NCBI GenBank assembly: GCA_016872495.1
Contig: VGZT01000005.1
Span: 10,940-74,939, forward strand
Direction of reading: 5' to 3'
Length of the DNA: 64,000 bases
Source of the DNA: SAR202 cluster bacterium
GTDB taxonomy: Bacteria > Chloroflexota > Dehalococcoidia > Lucifugimonadales > Lucifugimonadaceae
The notes below the pieces were generated by a model. The model was given only the letters and a program-made list of their open reading frames with translations. It had not been told where the DNA came from and ran no database searches. Both the position numbers and the translations under genes were made by a program. Shown piece by piece: positions 37,468 to 47,149 of the stretch. Positions within the stretch are counted from its first letter, which is position 1. Each line of letters starts with the position of its first letter.

Positions 37468-38394
37468 ATGCTCGCAAATGGTAAACTCGAGGTTCAGGGA
37501 ACCCGACTCAGGGCTCCTTATCCGGCGTACGCGTCCCGTTTGCGTCGGGATGTGAGGTTGATCAGCGTGGCCCACAGCGCCAATTCTGAATACACCTTTA
37601 CAAGTTTCGCCAATCTGGACTTCTACCGGAAGGTAAACGCGCGCCTGCTCGATCTTGCCGAGGTGGGCAAGAACAAACGCATCGTTGACCTTGGCTGCGG
37701 CACGGGCGCCGTGACGCGGCTGATGCTCGAACGACTCGAATCAGCACGGCAGACGGTCATTTACGCCATCGATCACTCGGCGACCGCCATCCGCCAGGCG
37801 ATCGCGGAGCTCGGCGACCGCAAGAACGCGGTCGTCAATTTCATCCAGGCGGAAGTCCAGAACCTGCGGACGGCCGTGCGCGAGCAGGTGGACTCGATCG
37901 TGTACTGCAACTCGATCCACTACGTGCCGGACAAGGGCAAGCTTCTCGACGAGGTCCGGGACTCGCTGCGCCCGGGCGGCACCCTGGCCTTCAACACAAC
38001 TTTCTTCGAGGGATCGAACCCCCCTGAAAGCGAGGCCTTCTACCGCCGCTGGATGATGCGGTCGCTTCGCATTCTCGTTAAGGAGCACGGCCTGCGGCCC
38101 GGCAAGGCCGAAAAGACCGAGGCCAGGCGGCAGCTCAGCGCGGAAGGCTACGCGAACCTGCTGCGCGAGCACGGCTTCGACATCGAAAAGGCGGAGGTCG
38201 TGCCGGTCGAGTTCCCGCTCGAAGGCTACCTCGACATCAGCGAGTTCAAGGACTTCATTGAGGGAACGTTCCCTGGCGTCCCGCTCGACAAGGCAAGCGA
38301 CTCGCTCAAGCGAGGCGCGCGCCAGGCATTTGAGGACCTCAACATCACGTTTGTGCCACGGAACTGGCTGAACGTGGTGGCCGTCCGCGCCTAG
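37468..38394 (+). CDS. Class I SAM-dependent methyltransferase
   Basis: Motif I VDLGCGTGAVT and post-I YAIDHS. The true start may lie downstream (e.g. near VAHSANSEY). Confidence 0.75.
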   Translation: MLANGKLEVQGTRLRAPYPAYASRLRRDVRLISVAHSANSEYTFTSFANLDFYRKVNARLLDLAEVGKNKRIVDLGCGTGAVTRLMLERLESARQTVIYAIDHSATAIRQAIAELGDRKNAVVNFIQAEVQNLRTAVREQVDSIVYCNSIHYVPDKGKLLDEVRDSLRPGGTLAFNTTFFEGSNPPESEAFYRRWMMRSLRILVKEHGLRPGKAEKTEARRQLSAEGYANLLREHGFDIEKAEVVPVEFPLEGYLDISEFKDFIEGTFPGVPLDKASDSLKRGARQAFEDLNITFVPRNWLNVVAVRA

Positions 38395-38415
38395 CCTCCC
38401 TGCGCTGTGCCGCGA

Positions 38416-38901
38416 TTAGCAAACGACTGGTCGCGCCCGCCGGGAAGCGCCCAGCTGATTGTGCGCTGAGAACACGGGCCTTCCGGCTACCAGGTTGACC
38501 AGCGGCAGCATGCGCCGGACAGGTCTCCGGTTGGCGACCAGATTCCTGAACCAGCGGTACGCGCGCCAGTCACCCGAGACAAAGCTCGCGCTGCAGGCCA
38601 GGTCCTGGTACGGAAACGCCGCGCCTGGCGGGGGCGCCGCCACCAGGGCGACGACCCCGTTCATGACGACCGACCAGATCCCGGTATTCCAGATCAGGCC
38701 CCGAAGGGCCGATCTATCGCCCGCCCCGGCGAGCGCGAGCATGGCTGCCCACCATGCGTGCGTGATGGCAGGCATGGCCGCGCAGGCTCCCTGCACGGGC
38801 GACATCCTCTCGGACGTTTCGCCGTAGAGACCTGTGTGGTGGTTGATGATCACCTGCCACAGGCTGGCGTCGATCGTCACCACGGTCACCGCGATCCACA
38901 T
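38416..38901 (-). CDS. Hypothetical membrane protein (no recognisable family)
   Basis: 161-aa ORF with strong GC3 bias and 3-4 hydrophobic segments. No motif recognised and no clear SD. Confidence 0.4.
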   Translation of the reverse strand: MWIAVTVVTIDASLWQVIINHHTGLYGETSERMSPVQGACAAMPAITHAWWAAMLALAGAGDRSALRGLIWNTGIWSVVMNGVVALVAAPPPGAAFPYQDLACSASFVSGDWRAYRWFRNLVANRRPVRRMLPLVNLVAGRPVFSAHNQLGASRRARPVVC

Positions 38902-39112
38902 TTACGCTCGGCCCCGTTCCCGGGACGTTTCGGCCGCGTTCTGGACCACGGTTGATTCCTGCAAGCCGGCCTTCGGCTGGCCAGGCCTCAACCGGCTGGA
39001 CGGCGTATTGAAGCCGATCCCGGCACGCGCCGGCAAATCCTGCGTCGTGCTGGGTACGGTCCAGGTGCGACGCAGGGGTCATCGCCGCTGCACCCTGATA
39101 AAGTCTCGCCCC

Positions 39113-40519
39113 ATGACAACCAGAAGCATCGAAGCCGCAATCCCACCAGTGCGCGACCTGATTCAGGCCGCCCAGGCTCGCCTGAGAATCCCCGGTATCG
39201 CCGCCGGCGTTGTAGTCGACGGCAGCCTTGCCTGGTCAGAGGGCTTCGGGGTCGCCGAACTTGACACAACCCGCAGGGTCGACTCCGCGACCCTCTTCCG
39301 GGTCGCCTCAATCACCAAGACCTTCACCGGGGCGGCGATCATGCGGCTGCGAGATGAGGGCGCTCTCTCGCTGGACGATCCCCTGCTCAAGCACGTTCCC
39401 GAGTTCAGAGGCGCCAGGGCCCGGCGTGGCTCGCTCGAGCAGGTCACGGTCCGGCGGCTCCTGTCTCACCACTCCGGGCTGGTCAGCGAAGCGCCTTTCG
39501 ACTACTGGCATACGCTGGAGTTCCCGTCCAGGCAGGCCGTCCTCGAAAGTCTCAAAGGCGTCGAAGTCGTGCTTGAACCGGACCGGCGTTGGAAGTACTC
39601 GAACCTCGGGTTCGGCCTGCTCGGTGAGGTGGTCGCGCGCGTGAGCGGGCAACCGTACGAGAATTACGTTTCATCGACGTTCCTGAAACCACTCGGGCTG
39701 CGCTCATCTACCTTCGAGCTCGACGCCGCCAGCAAGCGGCGTTTCGCGGTCGGCTACGACCCCGACCCTTATTCCGACCGGCCCGGGGTTGCGGTCCACA
39801 CCTCCATGTCGGGACTCGCGGCCGCAGGCGGCTTGTACACGAACGTCGAGGACCTTGCCGTATGGCTCAAGTTCCAGATGACGTCATCGCTCCGCGGATT
39901 GCCGGAGCCCGCCGATTTCAAGCCAAAGAAAGGCGCCGCACTCTCCCCCGACACTCTGGCAGAGATGCAGCGCCCGCAGGCCCTGGAAATGGATTGGAAG
40001 GCGGGCTACGGCCTGCCATGGCGTTCTACGCGGTCGGGCGACCGTGTCTACGTCAACCACGGTGGGGCGTTGCCCGGGCACCGATCGGGACTCTACTTCG
40101 ACCCGGTGCGCGGGTTTGGCTTCGTATTTCTGAGCAACCTCGGCTGGCAAAACGGCCCGGAAGACGTTTCGGTCCCGGCGATGGACGCCATTGCCGAAGA
40201 ACTCGACCGGGTGCTCCCACCCGCCCAGACCTTCGAGCCGGTGCCGTCTCCCCTGCAGCGCCTGCTCGGCAGTTACGCCTCAAAGAACGTCCTTTTTACC
40301 GACGTGGAGTGGCGCGCTGGGGCGCTGCGCCTCGTGTGCCCGCCCGGAGTGCGCTCACTGCACGCGCCGGCACGGCTCGACCCTACCGCCAGGCCCCTCG
40401 AGTTCCTGGTCGTCGGTGGACGAGGCGCCGGCGAAATCGCACGCTTCATGGCCACCGGCCGCAAGGTGATGGCACTTTCGCTCGGCGGCGTGATTTATCA
40501 ACGCCTGGAGACGCGTTAG
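39113..40519 (+). CDS. Serine hydrolase, beta-lactamase / class C esterase family
   Basis: Active-site SITK (FRVASITKTFTG) and a downstream YSN (KYSNLGFGLLG). Start at MTTRSIE; the track ORF (38834) over-extends. Confidence 0.8.
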   Translation: MTTRSIEAAIPPVRDLIQAAQARLRIPGIAAGVVVDGSLAWSEGFGVAELDTTRRVDSATLFRVASITKTFTGAAIMRLRDEGALSLDDPLLKHVPEFRGARARRGSLEQVTVRRLLSHHSGLVSEAPFDYWHTLEFPSRQAVLESLKGVEVVLEPDRRWKYSNLGFGLLGEVVARVSGQPYENYVSSTFLKPLGLRSSTFELDAASKRRFAVGYDPDPYSDRPGVAVHTSMSGLAAAGGLYTNVEDLAVWLKFQMTSSLRGLPEPADFKPKKGAALSPDTLAEMQRPQALEMDWKAGYGLPWRSTRSGDRVYVNHGGALPGHRSGLYFDPVRGFGFVFLSNLGWQNGPEDVSVPAMDAIAEELDRVLPPAQTFEPVPSPLQRLLGSYASKNVLFTDVEWRAGALRLVCPPGVRSLHAPARLDPTARPLEFLVVGGRGAGEIARFMATGRKVMALSLGGVIYQRLETR

Positions 40520-40567
40520 CGCCAGGCGAGCGTCGATCGCATCTCCGGAATCTGAAGGAGTTGGTCC

Positions 40568-41365
40568 ATGGCACAGCAGTCGCAGGTGCGTGGCAGGTTG
40601 ACCGGCAAGGTTGCGATCATCACCGGGGCGGGGTCTGGGATCGGCCGCGCCAGCGCTTTGAAATTCGCCGCCGAAGGCGCCAGCGTGGTCGCCGCCGACA
40701 TCAACTTCCGCGCGGTCGAAGACCTGGTGAAGTCCGAGAAGACCAGGGGGCGCATCCTGCCGGTCGCAGTCGATGTTCGGGTCAGCGACCAGGTGCGCGA
40801 CCTCGTGAAGCGGGCGGTCGAGGTGTTCGGCTCGGTAAACGTCGTCTTCAGCAACGCGGGGATCATGCGCGGCGGCAACGTAGTGGACATGCCTGAGAGC
40901 CACTGGGACGAGGTCTTCGCGGTCAACGTGAAGGGGGCGTTCCTGCTCGGCAAGCATGCCGTGCCCGTGATGCGCCAGGCCGGAGGCGGCTCGTTCATCA
41001 TCACGGCGTCCGCCAACAGCTTCTATGCGGAGTCCGATATCGCCGGCTATTGCGCGACCAAGGGCGCTGCGATGCAGTTGACGCGCGCCATGGCGATCGA
41101 CCACGGTCCCGACCGGATTCGGGTCAACTGCATCTGTCCGGGGTGGATAGAGACCCCGATGGCACTACCTTTCCTCGACGAGAACCCCGGCGGACGCGCG
41201 TTCGCAGGTCGCATCGCCCCGCTCGGCCGCATCGGACAGCCCGAAGACGTAGCCGAAGTGGCGCTGTTCCTGGCCAGCGACGACGCGCGCTTCGTGACGG
41301 GAGCGGCGTACAACGTCGACGGAGGCTGGACCGTGGGCATGACCAAGGCGGTCGCCCTCATCTGA
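40568..41365 (+). CDS. Short-chain dehydrogenase/reductase (SDR)
   Basis: TGAGSGIGRA, NAG, Y-x3-K (YCATKGA), and PGWIETPM. Confidence 0.9.
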   Translation: MAQQSQVRGRLTGKVAIITGAGSGIGRASALKFAAEGASVVAADINFRAVEDLVKSEKTRGRILPVAVDVRVSDQVRDLVKRAVEVFGSVNVVFSNAGIMRGGNVVDMPESHWDEVFAVNVKGAFLLGKHAVPVMRQAGGGSFIITASANSFYAESDIAGYCATKGAAMQLTRAMAIDHGPDRIRVNCICPGWIETPMALPFLDENPGGRAFAGRIAPLGRIGQPEDVAEVALFLASDDARFVTGAAYNVDGGWTVGMTKAVALI

Positions 41366-41368
41366 GCA

Positions 41369-41631
41369 GGGGCCCCGACTCGCGTGGGCGCTGCTATGGT
41401 CCGGGATCGCCGACCTTGCCGGCTCCCGAGCCCTCGGCCAGCACCAGCGAGTGAGCCGGGGCCCCGACTCGCGTGGGCGCTGCTATGGTCCGGGATCGCC
41501 GACCTTGCCGGCTCCCGAGCCCTCGGCCAGCACCAGCGAGTGAGCCGGGGCCCCGACTCGCGTGGGCGCTGCTATGGTCCGGGATCGCCGACCTTGCCGG
41601 CTCCCGAGCCCTCGGCCAGCACCAGCGAGTT
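41369..41631. repeat. Perfect 89-bp tandem repeat, about 2.95 copies
   Basis: Copies start at 41369, 41458 and 41547 and appear identical by eye. The last copy runs into the AKR gene and supplies its final 19 codons and stop. Each unit contains the palindrome GAGCCGGGGCCCCGACTC. Confidence 0.95.
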
Positions 41632-42570
41632 GATCTGCTCTCGCAACGCTACCGGCATGTCCCAGTCGCCCCCGACGTCCTCTTTCACTTCTTCCGGCTG
41701 CTTGGCGCCGCACAGGGCAACCGTGACCGCAGGATGTCCAAGCACCCACGCGATGGCCAGCTGTGGCAGCGTCTTGCCCTGATCGGCGGCTATCTTCCTG
41801 AGCTTCTCGACCACGGCAACGTTTTTCGGGAGATTCTCGGGCGCCCACGTGGTCAGCCCAAAGTTCTTGCCGCCCCGTCGCCAGTCGTCGTCGCCGAACT
41901 TGTGATCGGCCTTCCAGGTTCCGGTCAGCAGCCCGTGCGCCATCGACCCGTAGGCCATGATCCCGATGCCGTTCTTCCGGACAAACGGGAAGGTCTTTGC
42001 CTCCGGGCGGCGGTCGAAAGCGTGGTAGCCGACCTGGTTGCAGGCGATGCGCCCGTGCTCGAGACAGTCCGCCATCATCTCCGAGTTGAAGTTCGAGACG
42101 CCGTAGTAGCGGATCTTGCCGGCCCGGCGCGCCTCCTCCAGCACCTGCATCGGCACGGAGTACGGCCGGCTCGGGTCCGGCCAGTGGATGAGATAGAGGT
42201 CGATGTAGTCGGTCTGGAGGCGGCGCAGGCTTTCCTCGATGCCATGGTTGAGGTACTCCGGCGAGCTGTCGGAGACGGTCGCGCGGCTGCGGTCAGCGTT
42301 GCCCTCCAGCCACTTGCGACCGCCCTTCGTGACCAGCACGATCTTCTTCCTGAAGTCCTTGATCGCCTTGCCCAGCAACTCCTCGCCGTAGCCCCAACCG
42401 TAAACGGCTGCCGTATCGAAGAGCGTCACGCCGCTGTCATAAGCGAGCTTCGCGGCCGCGCTCGCCTGGTCGTCGTCGAATGATCCGTACTGGCCACGGC
42501 CCATGGGCCAGCCGCCGAACCCGATCACGCTCGTGGTCAGGCCGCTCTTCCCGAACTCTCGTGTGCGCAA
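41572..42570 (-). CDS. Aldo/keto reductase
   Basis: GKSGLTTSVIGFGGWPMG, FDTAAVYG, LIHWPD, YYGVSNF. TTG start at 42570 with an AGGAG SD 7 nt upstream (332 aa). The track ORF (to 42774) over-extends. Confidence 0.85.
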   Translation of the reverse strand: MRTREFGKSGLTTSVIGFGGWPMGRGQYGSFDDDQASAAAKLAYDSGVTLFDTAAVYGWGYGEELLGKAIKDFRKKIVLVTKGGRKWLEGNADRSRATVSDSSPEYLNHGIEESLRRLQTDYIDLYLIHWPDPSRPYSVPMQVLEEARRAGKIRYYGVSNFNSEMMADCLEHGRIACNQVGYHAFDRRPEAKTFPFVRKNGIGIMAYGSMAHGLLTGTWKADHKFGDDDWRRGGKNFGLTTWAPENLPKNVAVVEKLRKIAADQGKTLPQLAIAWVLGHPAVTVALCGAKQPEEVKEDVGGDWDMPVALREQINSLVLAEGSGAGKVGDPGP

Positions 42571-42780
42571 ATCGCTACTCCTGTACTGCGGAACGGTCGC
42601 AGCCGCAGATGTTATCGGTGGAACGCCCGCCGTGCCACATATATGCGGGGCGGCCGTCAGGCATGGACGCATCCCGGCCATCGCACGTGGTCTTGCCGGT
42701 TGTATGGGTCGACCAAACAATCGAGAGTGTGCGGTGGTTGGGCCGGCTTGTGACGCACTGCTGCGCCTGCGCAAAGCGCG

Positions 42781-43941
42781 TTAGCCGTTCCAGGGACGCT
42801 TCCTGAGCTCCCTCTCGACCAGGTCGGAGCCCAATCCGGGGCGGTCCGGGACCTTCAGATAGCCGTTCTTGACGGTGAAAGGATGGGTCAGGAAGTCGTC
42901 CCGCCATGGTGGGTCGTCCTGGTCGAACTCGAGGATCATGAAGTTCGGGCACGTGGCCATGACATTCGCCGATACGAGCGTACATATCGGGCTATGGCAG
43001 TTGTGGGGGGCTACGAACGTGTCGTACGCCTGGGCGAGGTCGCAGATCTTCCTGCCCATCGTGATCCCGTTCCAGGCGAAGTCGGGCATGATCACGTCCT
43101 GGGCATACCTTTCCAGGAAGGGTCGGTACCCGTCGAGGCCGTAGAGGCTCTCGCCCGTGCAGATCCGCGTGCGGGTCGACTCACGCACCGTTCTCAACGA
43201 ACCGGGGTCGAAAGTCTCCGTCTCCAGCCACATCAGGTTGTATGGTTCGAGCGCGCGAGCGATATCGATCGCGCCGCCCAGCTTGAACCGGAGCGCGATA
43301 TCGACGGCGATACCTACGTCCGGGCCGAGGGCCGCGCGGAAAGTCTCGACCAGGCCGACGGCGTTCCGGATCTGATCGGGGGACGCGTGGCCCCCGATCC
43401 GACCGCTCGCGACGGAGCCCGGGCTAGGCAGGTCCTTGAGAGGCATCAGGTTGGTCTTGATGGCTGTAAAGCCCTTCGCAAGGACCTCCTCGGAGAGCTT
43501 CTTCAGGTCGCCAGTACGCTGCACCGGTGGGGTGCCCAGCTTTTTCGCCCACCGATTTCGGAACGTCCCGCAGTGCGACCAGTACAGGCGGAGCTCATCG
43601 TGGAGCTTGCCGCCGAGCAGCTGCCACACCGGTACGCCGAGCACCTTGCCCTTGATGTCCCACAGGGCATTATCGATGCCGGCCATCGCCTTCCAGGCCA
43701 GCCCGCCGTTGTGGCGGACGTTGTCGACCATCAGGTCGTACCAGATCTTCTCGCTGTTCATCGGATCCTTGCCGATGACCCTCTCCGAGAATTCATCGAC
43801 GAGGTGGGTAACCCCGCGATAGACATCCCATTCGGTGCAGTCGCCCCACCCGACCACGCCGTCGTCGGTTTCGACCTTGACGAAGGTCCACGGGCGGACG
43901 CCGCCATCGGCCAGGAACGTCTTGACCCCGGTGATCTTCAT
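42781..43941 (-). CDS. Enolase-superfamily enzyme (galactonate/mannonate dehydratase-like), paralog 2
   Basis: MKITGVKTFLADGG...VKVETDDGVVGWGD, KTNLMP, DIALRF, LETE, CTGESLY, VIMPDF, APHNCHSP. Confidence 0.85.
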   Translation of the reverse strand: MKITGVKTFLADGGVRPWTFVKVETDDGVVGWGDCTEWDVYRGVTHLVDEFSERVIGKDPMNSEKIWYDLMVDNVRHNGGLAWKAMAGIDNALWDIKGKVLGVPVWQLLGGKLHDELRLYWSHCGTFRNRWAKKLGTPPVQRTGDLKKLSEEVLAKGFTAIKTNLMPLKDLPSPGSVASGRIGGHASPDQIRNAVGLVETFRAALGPDVGIAVDIALRFKLGGAIDIARALEPYNLMWLETETFDPGSLRTVRESTRTRICTGESLYGLDGYRPFLERYAQDVIMPDFAWNGITMGRKICDLAQAYDTFVAPHNCHSPICTLVSANVMATCPNFMILEFDQDDPPWRDDFLTHPFTVKNGYLKVPDRPGLGSDLVERELRKRPWNG

Positions 43942-43950
43942 GGCTGGCTC

Positions 43951-44376
43951 CTAAGAAACTCTGGTTGCCGGGCGCTGGACCCTCGACAGGGGAATGACGG
44001 CCGTCGCCTCGATCTCGATCAGCCAGTCGGGGTTGATCAGCCTTGCTACGCCAACGAGTGTGCTGGCGGGGTAAGGCCGCGTGAAGAACTCCGCGCGCAC
44101 TTCGTGGATTTCCTTGATCTTCGAGATGTCGGTGACGAACACCGAGACCTTTGCGATGTCCGACAGCGCGCCACCCGCCGCCGCCAGGACGTCGCGGATA
44201 TTGGCCAGGCATTGCCGCGTCTGCGCGCGCATGTCGCCCTTGCCAACGGTCCTGCCCTGCGCGTCCTGCGCTACATGGCCGGAGATGAACAGGGTGGCGC
44301 CCTCCGGCGCCCAGGCCGCGCTCGAGAAGATCCCGAACGGCTTAACGACCCCGGGCGCGTCATACGCGTCGGCCAT
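43951..44376 (-). CDS. RidA / YjgF / L-PSP family protein
   Basis: 141 aa from MADAYD. LFISGHVA, QTRQCLANIRDVL, VSVFVTD, PASTLVGVARL...IEIEATA. Confidence 0.85.
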   Translation of the reverse strand: MADAYDAPGVVKPFGIFSSAAWAPEGATLFISGHVAQDAQGRTVGKGDMRAQTRQCLANIRDVLAAAGGALSDIAKVSVFVTDISKIKEIHEVRAEFFTRPYPASTLVGVARLINPDWLIEIEATAVIPLSRVQRPATRVS

Positions 44377-44567
44377 CTGTGTCTCCCGTTGGATTCGCAG
44401 GTTGGAGCGCGCGCCGGAGAAACGGCGGCGCAAAGGACGCAATAGTCTACCCCGGGGTGTGCAGAAGGAAGTGCCGGCGACTCCCGCTTCTGGAATACCG
44501 GCAACCTCCACAGTAAACTTAACTATTCAGCCCACGAGAATCGATCCGGGGCGGGAGTCAACCAATC

Positions 44568-45743
44568 ATGCGCATCCTTCGCAATCTGGCGCGCCGCAAA
44601 CTGCGCACCACATTGACTGTCGTGGGAATCACGATCGGCATCTGGGCGCTCGTCGTGATGAGCTCCATGGCCAACAAGATCGGCGCGCTGGTCGACGGCG
44701 GAAGCAGCTACTTCGCCGACAAGATCATCGTGTCCGACTCCGCCAATCTGGCGTTCGGCTTCTCCTCCGCGCCGATCAGGGTCAGCGTCGCGGCCGACAT
44801 TGAGGCGATCGATGGCGTCGACGTGACGGTCCCCGAGGTCGACATGCTCCTCGACCCCGACCGAAGCGGGCCTGCCTTCAACATCCCGGACCGGATCGTT
44901 GCTTCGATGGCCGGGGCCGACAAGGGCCGGGAGAAGTTCCCGATCAAGGCGGCCCTGGGCCGCCTGCTGGTCCCGGAGGACGAGGGCAAGAACGTCGTCG
45001 TCCTGGGGTCCGACCTTGGTCGCAAGTTCAATAAGAAGCCCGGCGAAAGAATGACGGTGAGGGGCATCGAGTTCGAGGTGGTCGGCATCCTTGAACCCAC
45101 CCTCAGCGCGCCGGACACTTCCGTGTGGATACCGCTGGCCGCCGGTCAGGCCCTGCTGCTGGAGACCCTGCCGGACGTCATGCAGCGCGAATTCAAGGCC
45201 TCCGAACTGGCCTCGTCGATCACGGTCTACCCGGACCCGGGCGTCGACATCCCGGCGTTGGCGAAGACGATTGAGCAGCGCGTGCCCCGAACGCAGTCCC
45301 TGACGGGGGCAGAGTTCGATGAGCAGGTCGGCTCCGCGATCGCAATCTTCAACGCCATCATCCTGGGGGTGGCTCTGATCAGCCTGGTCGTTGGCGGGCT
45401 TTCAGTCATAAATACGATGGCCATGAGCGTCGCAGAGCGCACGCGCGAGATCGGGGTCAAACGGGCGATCGGTGCCACGCGCGCCCGCATCGTGCGCGAG
45501 GTCGTGACCGAGGCGGGCGTTATCGGGCTTTTCGGGGGGACCCTCGGGCTGGTGCTCGGGGCGGTCGTCGTACTGGCTGCCAACGAGGCCGGCCGGTCGT
45601 CCGGCACGATCCTGTTCCAGCTTACGGCCGGCACGGCAATCTTTGCGGTCGTCTTCGCCGTGATCCTGGGCATGCTTGCGGGCCTGATTCCGGCAATTAC
45701 GGCCGCCCGTCTCGACCCCGTCGAAGCTATCAGGTACGAGTAG
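44568..45743 (+). CDS. ABC transporter permease, FtsX/MacB type
   Basis: N-terminal TM helix, a large extracytoplasmic domain, and C-terminal FtsX helices (MSVAERTREIGVKRAIGA). Confidence 0.85.
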   Translation: MRILRNLARRKLRTTLTVVGITIGIWALVVMSSMANKIGALVDGGSSYFADKIIVSDSANLAFGFSSAPIRVSVAADIEAIDGVDVTVPEVDMLLDPDRSGPAFNIPDRIVASMAGADKGREKFPIKAALGRLLVPEDEGKNVVVLGSDLGRKFNKKPGERMTVRGIEFEVVGILEPTLSAPDTSVWIPLAAGQALLLETLPDVMQREFKASELASSITVYPDPGVDIPALAKTIEQRVPRTQSLTGAEFDEQVGSAIAIFNAIILGVALISLVVGGLSVINTMAMSVAERTREIGVKRAIGATRARIVREVVTEAGVIGLFGGTLGLVLGAVVVLAANEAGRSSGTILFQLTAGTAIFAVVFAVILGMLAGLIPAITAARLDPVEAIRYE

Positions 45744-45752
45744 GTACTGAAG

Positions 45753-46442
<690 letters not shown>

Positions 46443-46607
46443 CGGCGGTCATCCAGGGGTTCACCAATGGATCTCCCGAGCGTAACCGGCGGGCACGCTC
46501 AGCCGTAAGGGAAATCCAACGGCCTCCCCGTCGCCAGCGCCGGCTTCAACCCGCCCGGGATCACGCTGACGGCGCCGATGACCGACTCGCAGGTCTTCGT
46601 GTGACCG

Positions 46608-46939
46608 TCAAATCGCCCTGCGTGACGACCAGCCGGCATGTCTCGCCCATTGGAAAATCTCGGTCTTCGCGCGCTGCGGCCGGTCCGGCCTGACGCACTC
46701 GTCCCACTGCGCACCGAACCTGATTACGGGCCTGCGCGGCCTGTTGCTCTCGAGCACCTTGCCGGTTCCGCGATGCAGCCTTCCCTGCCTGAGCAGGTGA
46801 TGTTGCTTGAGGTGCTGCATGACGCCGAACCGGGTCATCTCCGGGAGTACCGTGCACCGTTCTTCCAGGGTCGGACCGTCGTGCGTCCTCAGCCTGTCTA
46901 GAAGCAGCCTGCGGACGGGTCGGCCAGCGCCCTGAACAC
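46608..46939 (-). pseudogene. ArsR-family winged-HTH regulator, apparently frameshifted near the N-terminus
   Basis: VFRALADP (from GTG 46939) is in one frame. VRRLLLDRLRTHDGPTLEERCTVLPEMTRFGVMQHLK continues in the frame shifted by 1 nt (gccgacccgtccgc appears to lack one base). This could be a sequencing error. Confidence 0.5.
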
Positions 46940-46948
46940 CTCGCCGGC

Positions 46949-47149
46949 CTCGATCTTCTTGATGCACAGCACGGGACGGCTCCCGCCTGCGACGACCATG
47001 TCCAGATACCGGTCGATGACCGTCGAACGTGGCGGAACCGGGACGGCTACCACCGCGACGTCGAGGTTGGCGACCAGGACGTGGGCGCCTTCCTGCCCCC
47101 GGTCGCGACGGCGCCAGGGGGCGCCCGCCGCGCCGGAAACGGCATCACC
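46949..47149 (-). pseudogene. Fragment of a ribosome-biogenesis GTPase RsgA-like gene
   Basis: The open frame 47149 to 46901 encodes AHVLVANLDVAVVAVPVPPRSTVIDRYLDMVVAGGSRPVLCIKKIE. This matches the RsgA segment ANVDQ...LDRFL...P(I/V)xCxxKxD. The OB domain and the GxSGVGKS G-domain are absent. Confidence 0.4.

Noticed and set aside
38834-39112. N-terminal 93-aa extension of the beta-lactamase-family ORF. Similar upstream extensions occur in track ORFs for atpD, atpE, RidA, AKR, the SBP, HDAC, the 2-hydroxyacid dehydrogenase and DUF503.
   Set aside because: The extensions are low complexity, overlap neighbouring genes or promoters, and internal starts with good SD sequences or family-typical N-termini exist.
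41369-41631. CRISPR array.
   Set aside because: The 89-bp units are directly abutting with no spacers. They contain the 3' end of a protein-coding gene. No cas genes are present.
46499-46607. Tail ORF fragment (…GRFDGHTKTCESVIGAVSVIPGGLKPALATGRPLDFPYG) as the start or end of an SRPBCC or VOC partner of the ArsR-like gene.
   Set aside because: No family motif could be matched in any frame. It is left as unassigned sequence within the decayed locus.
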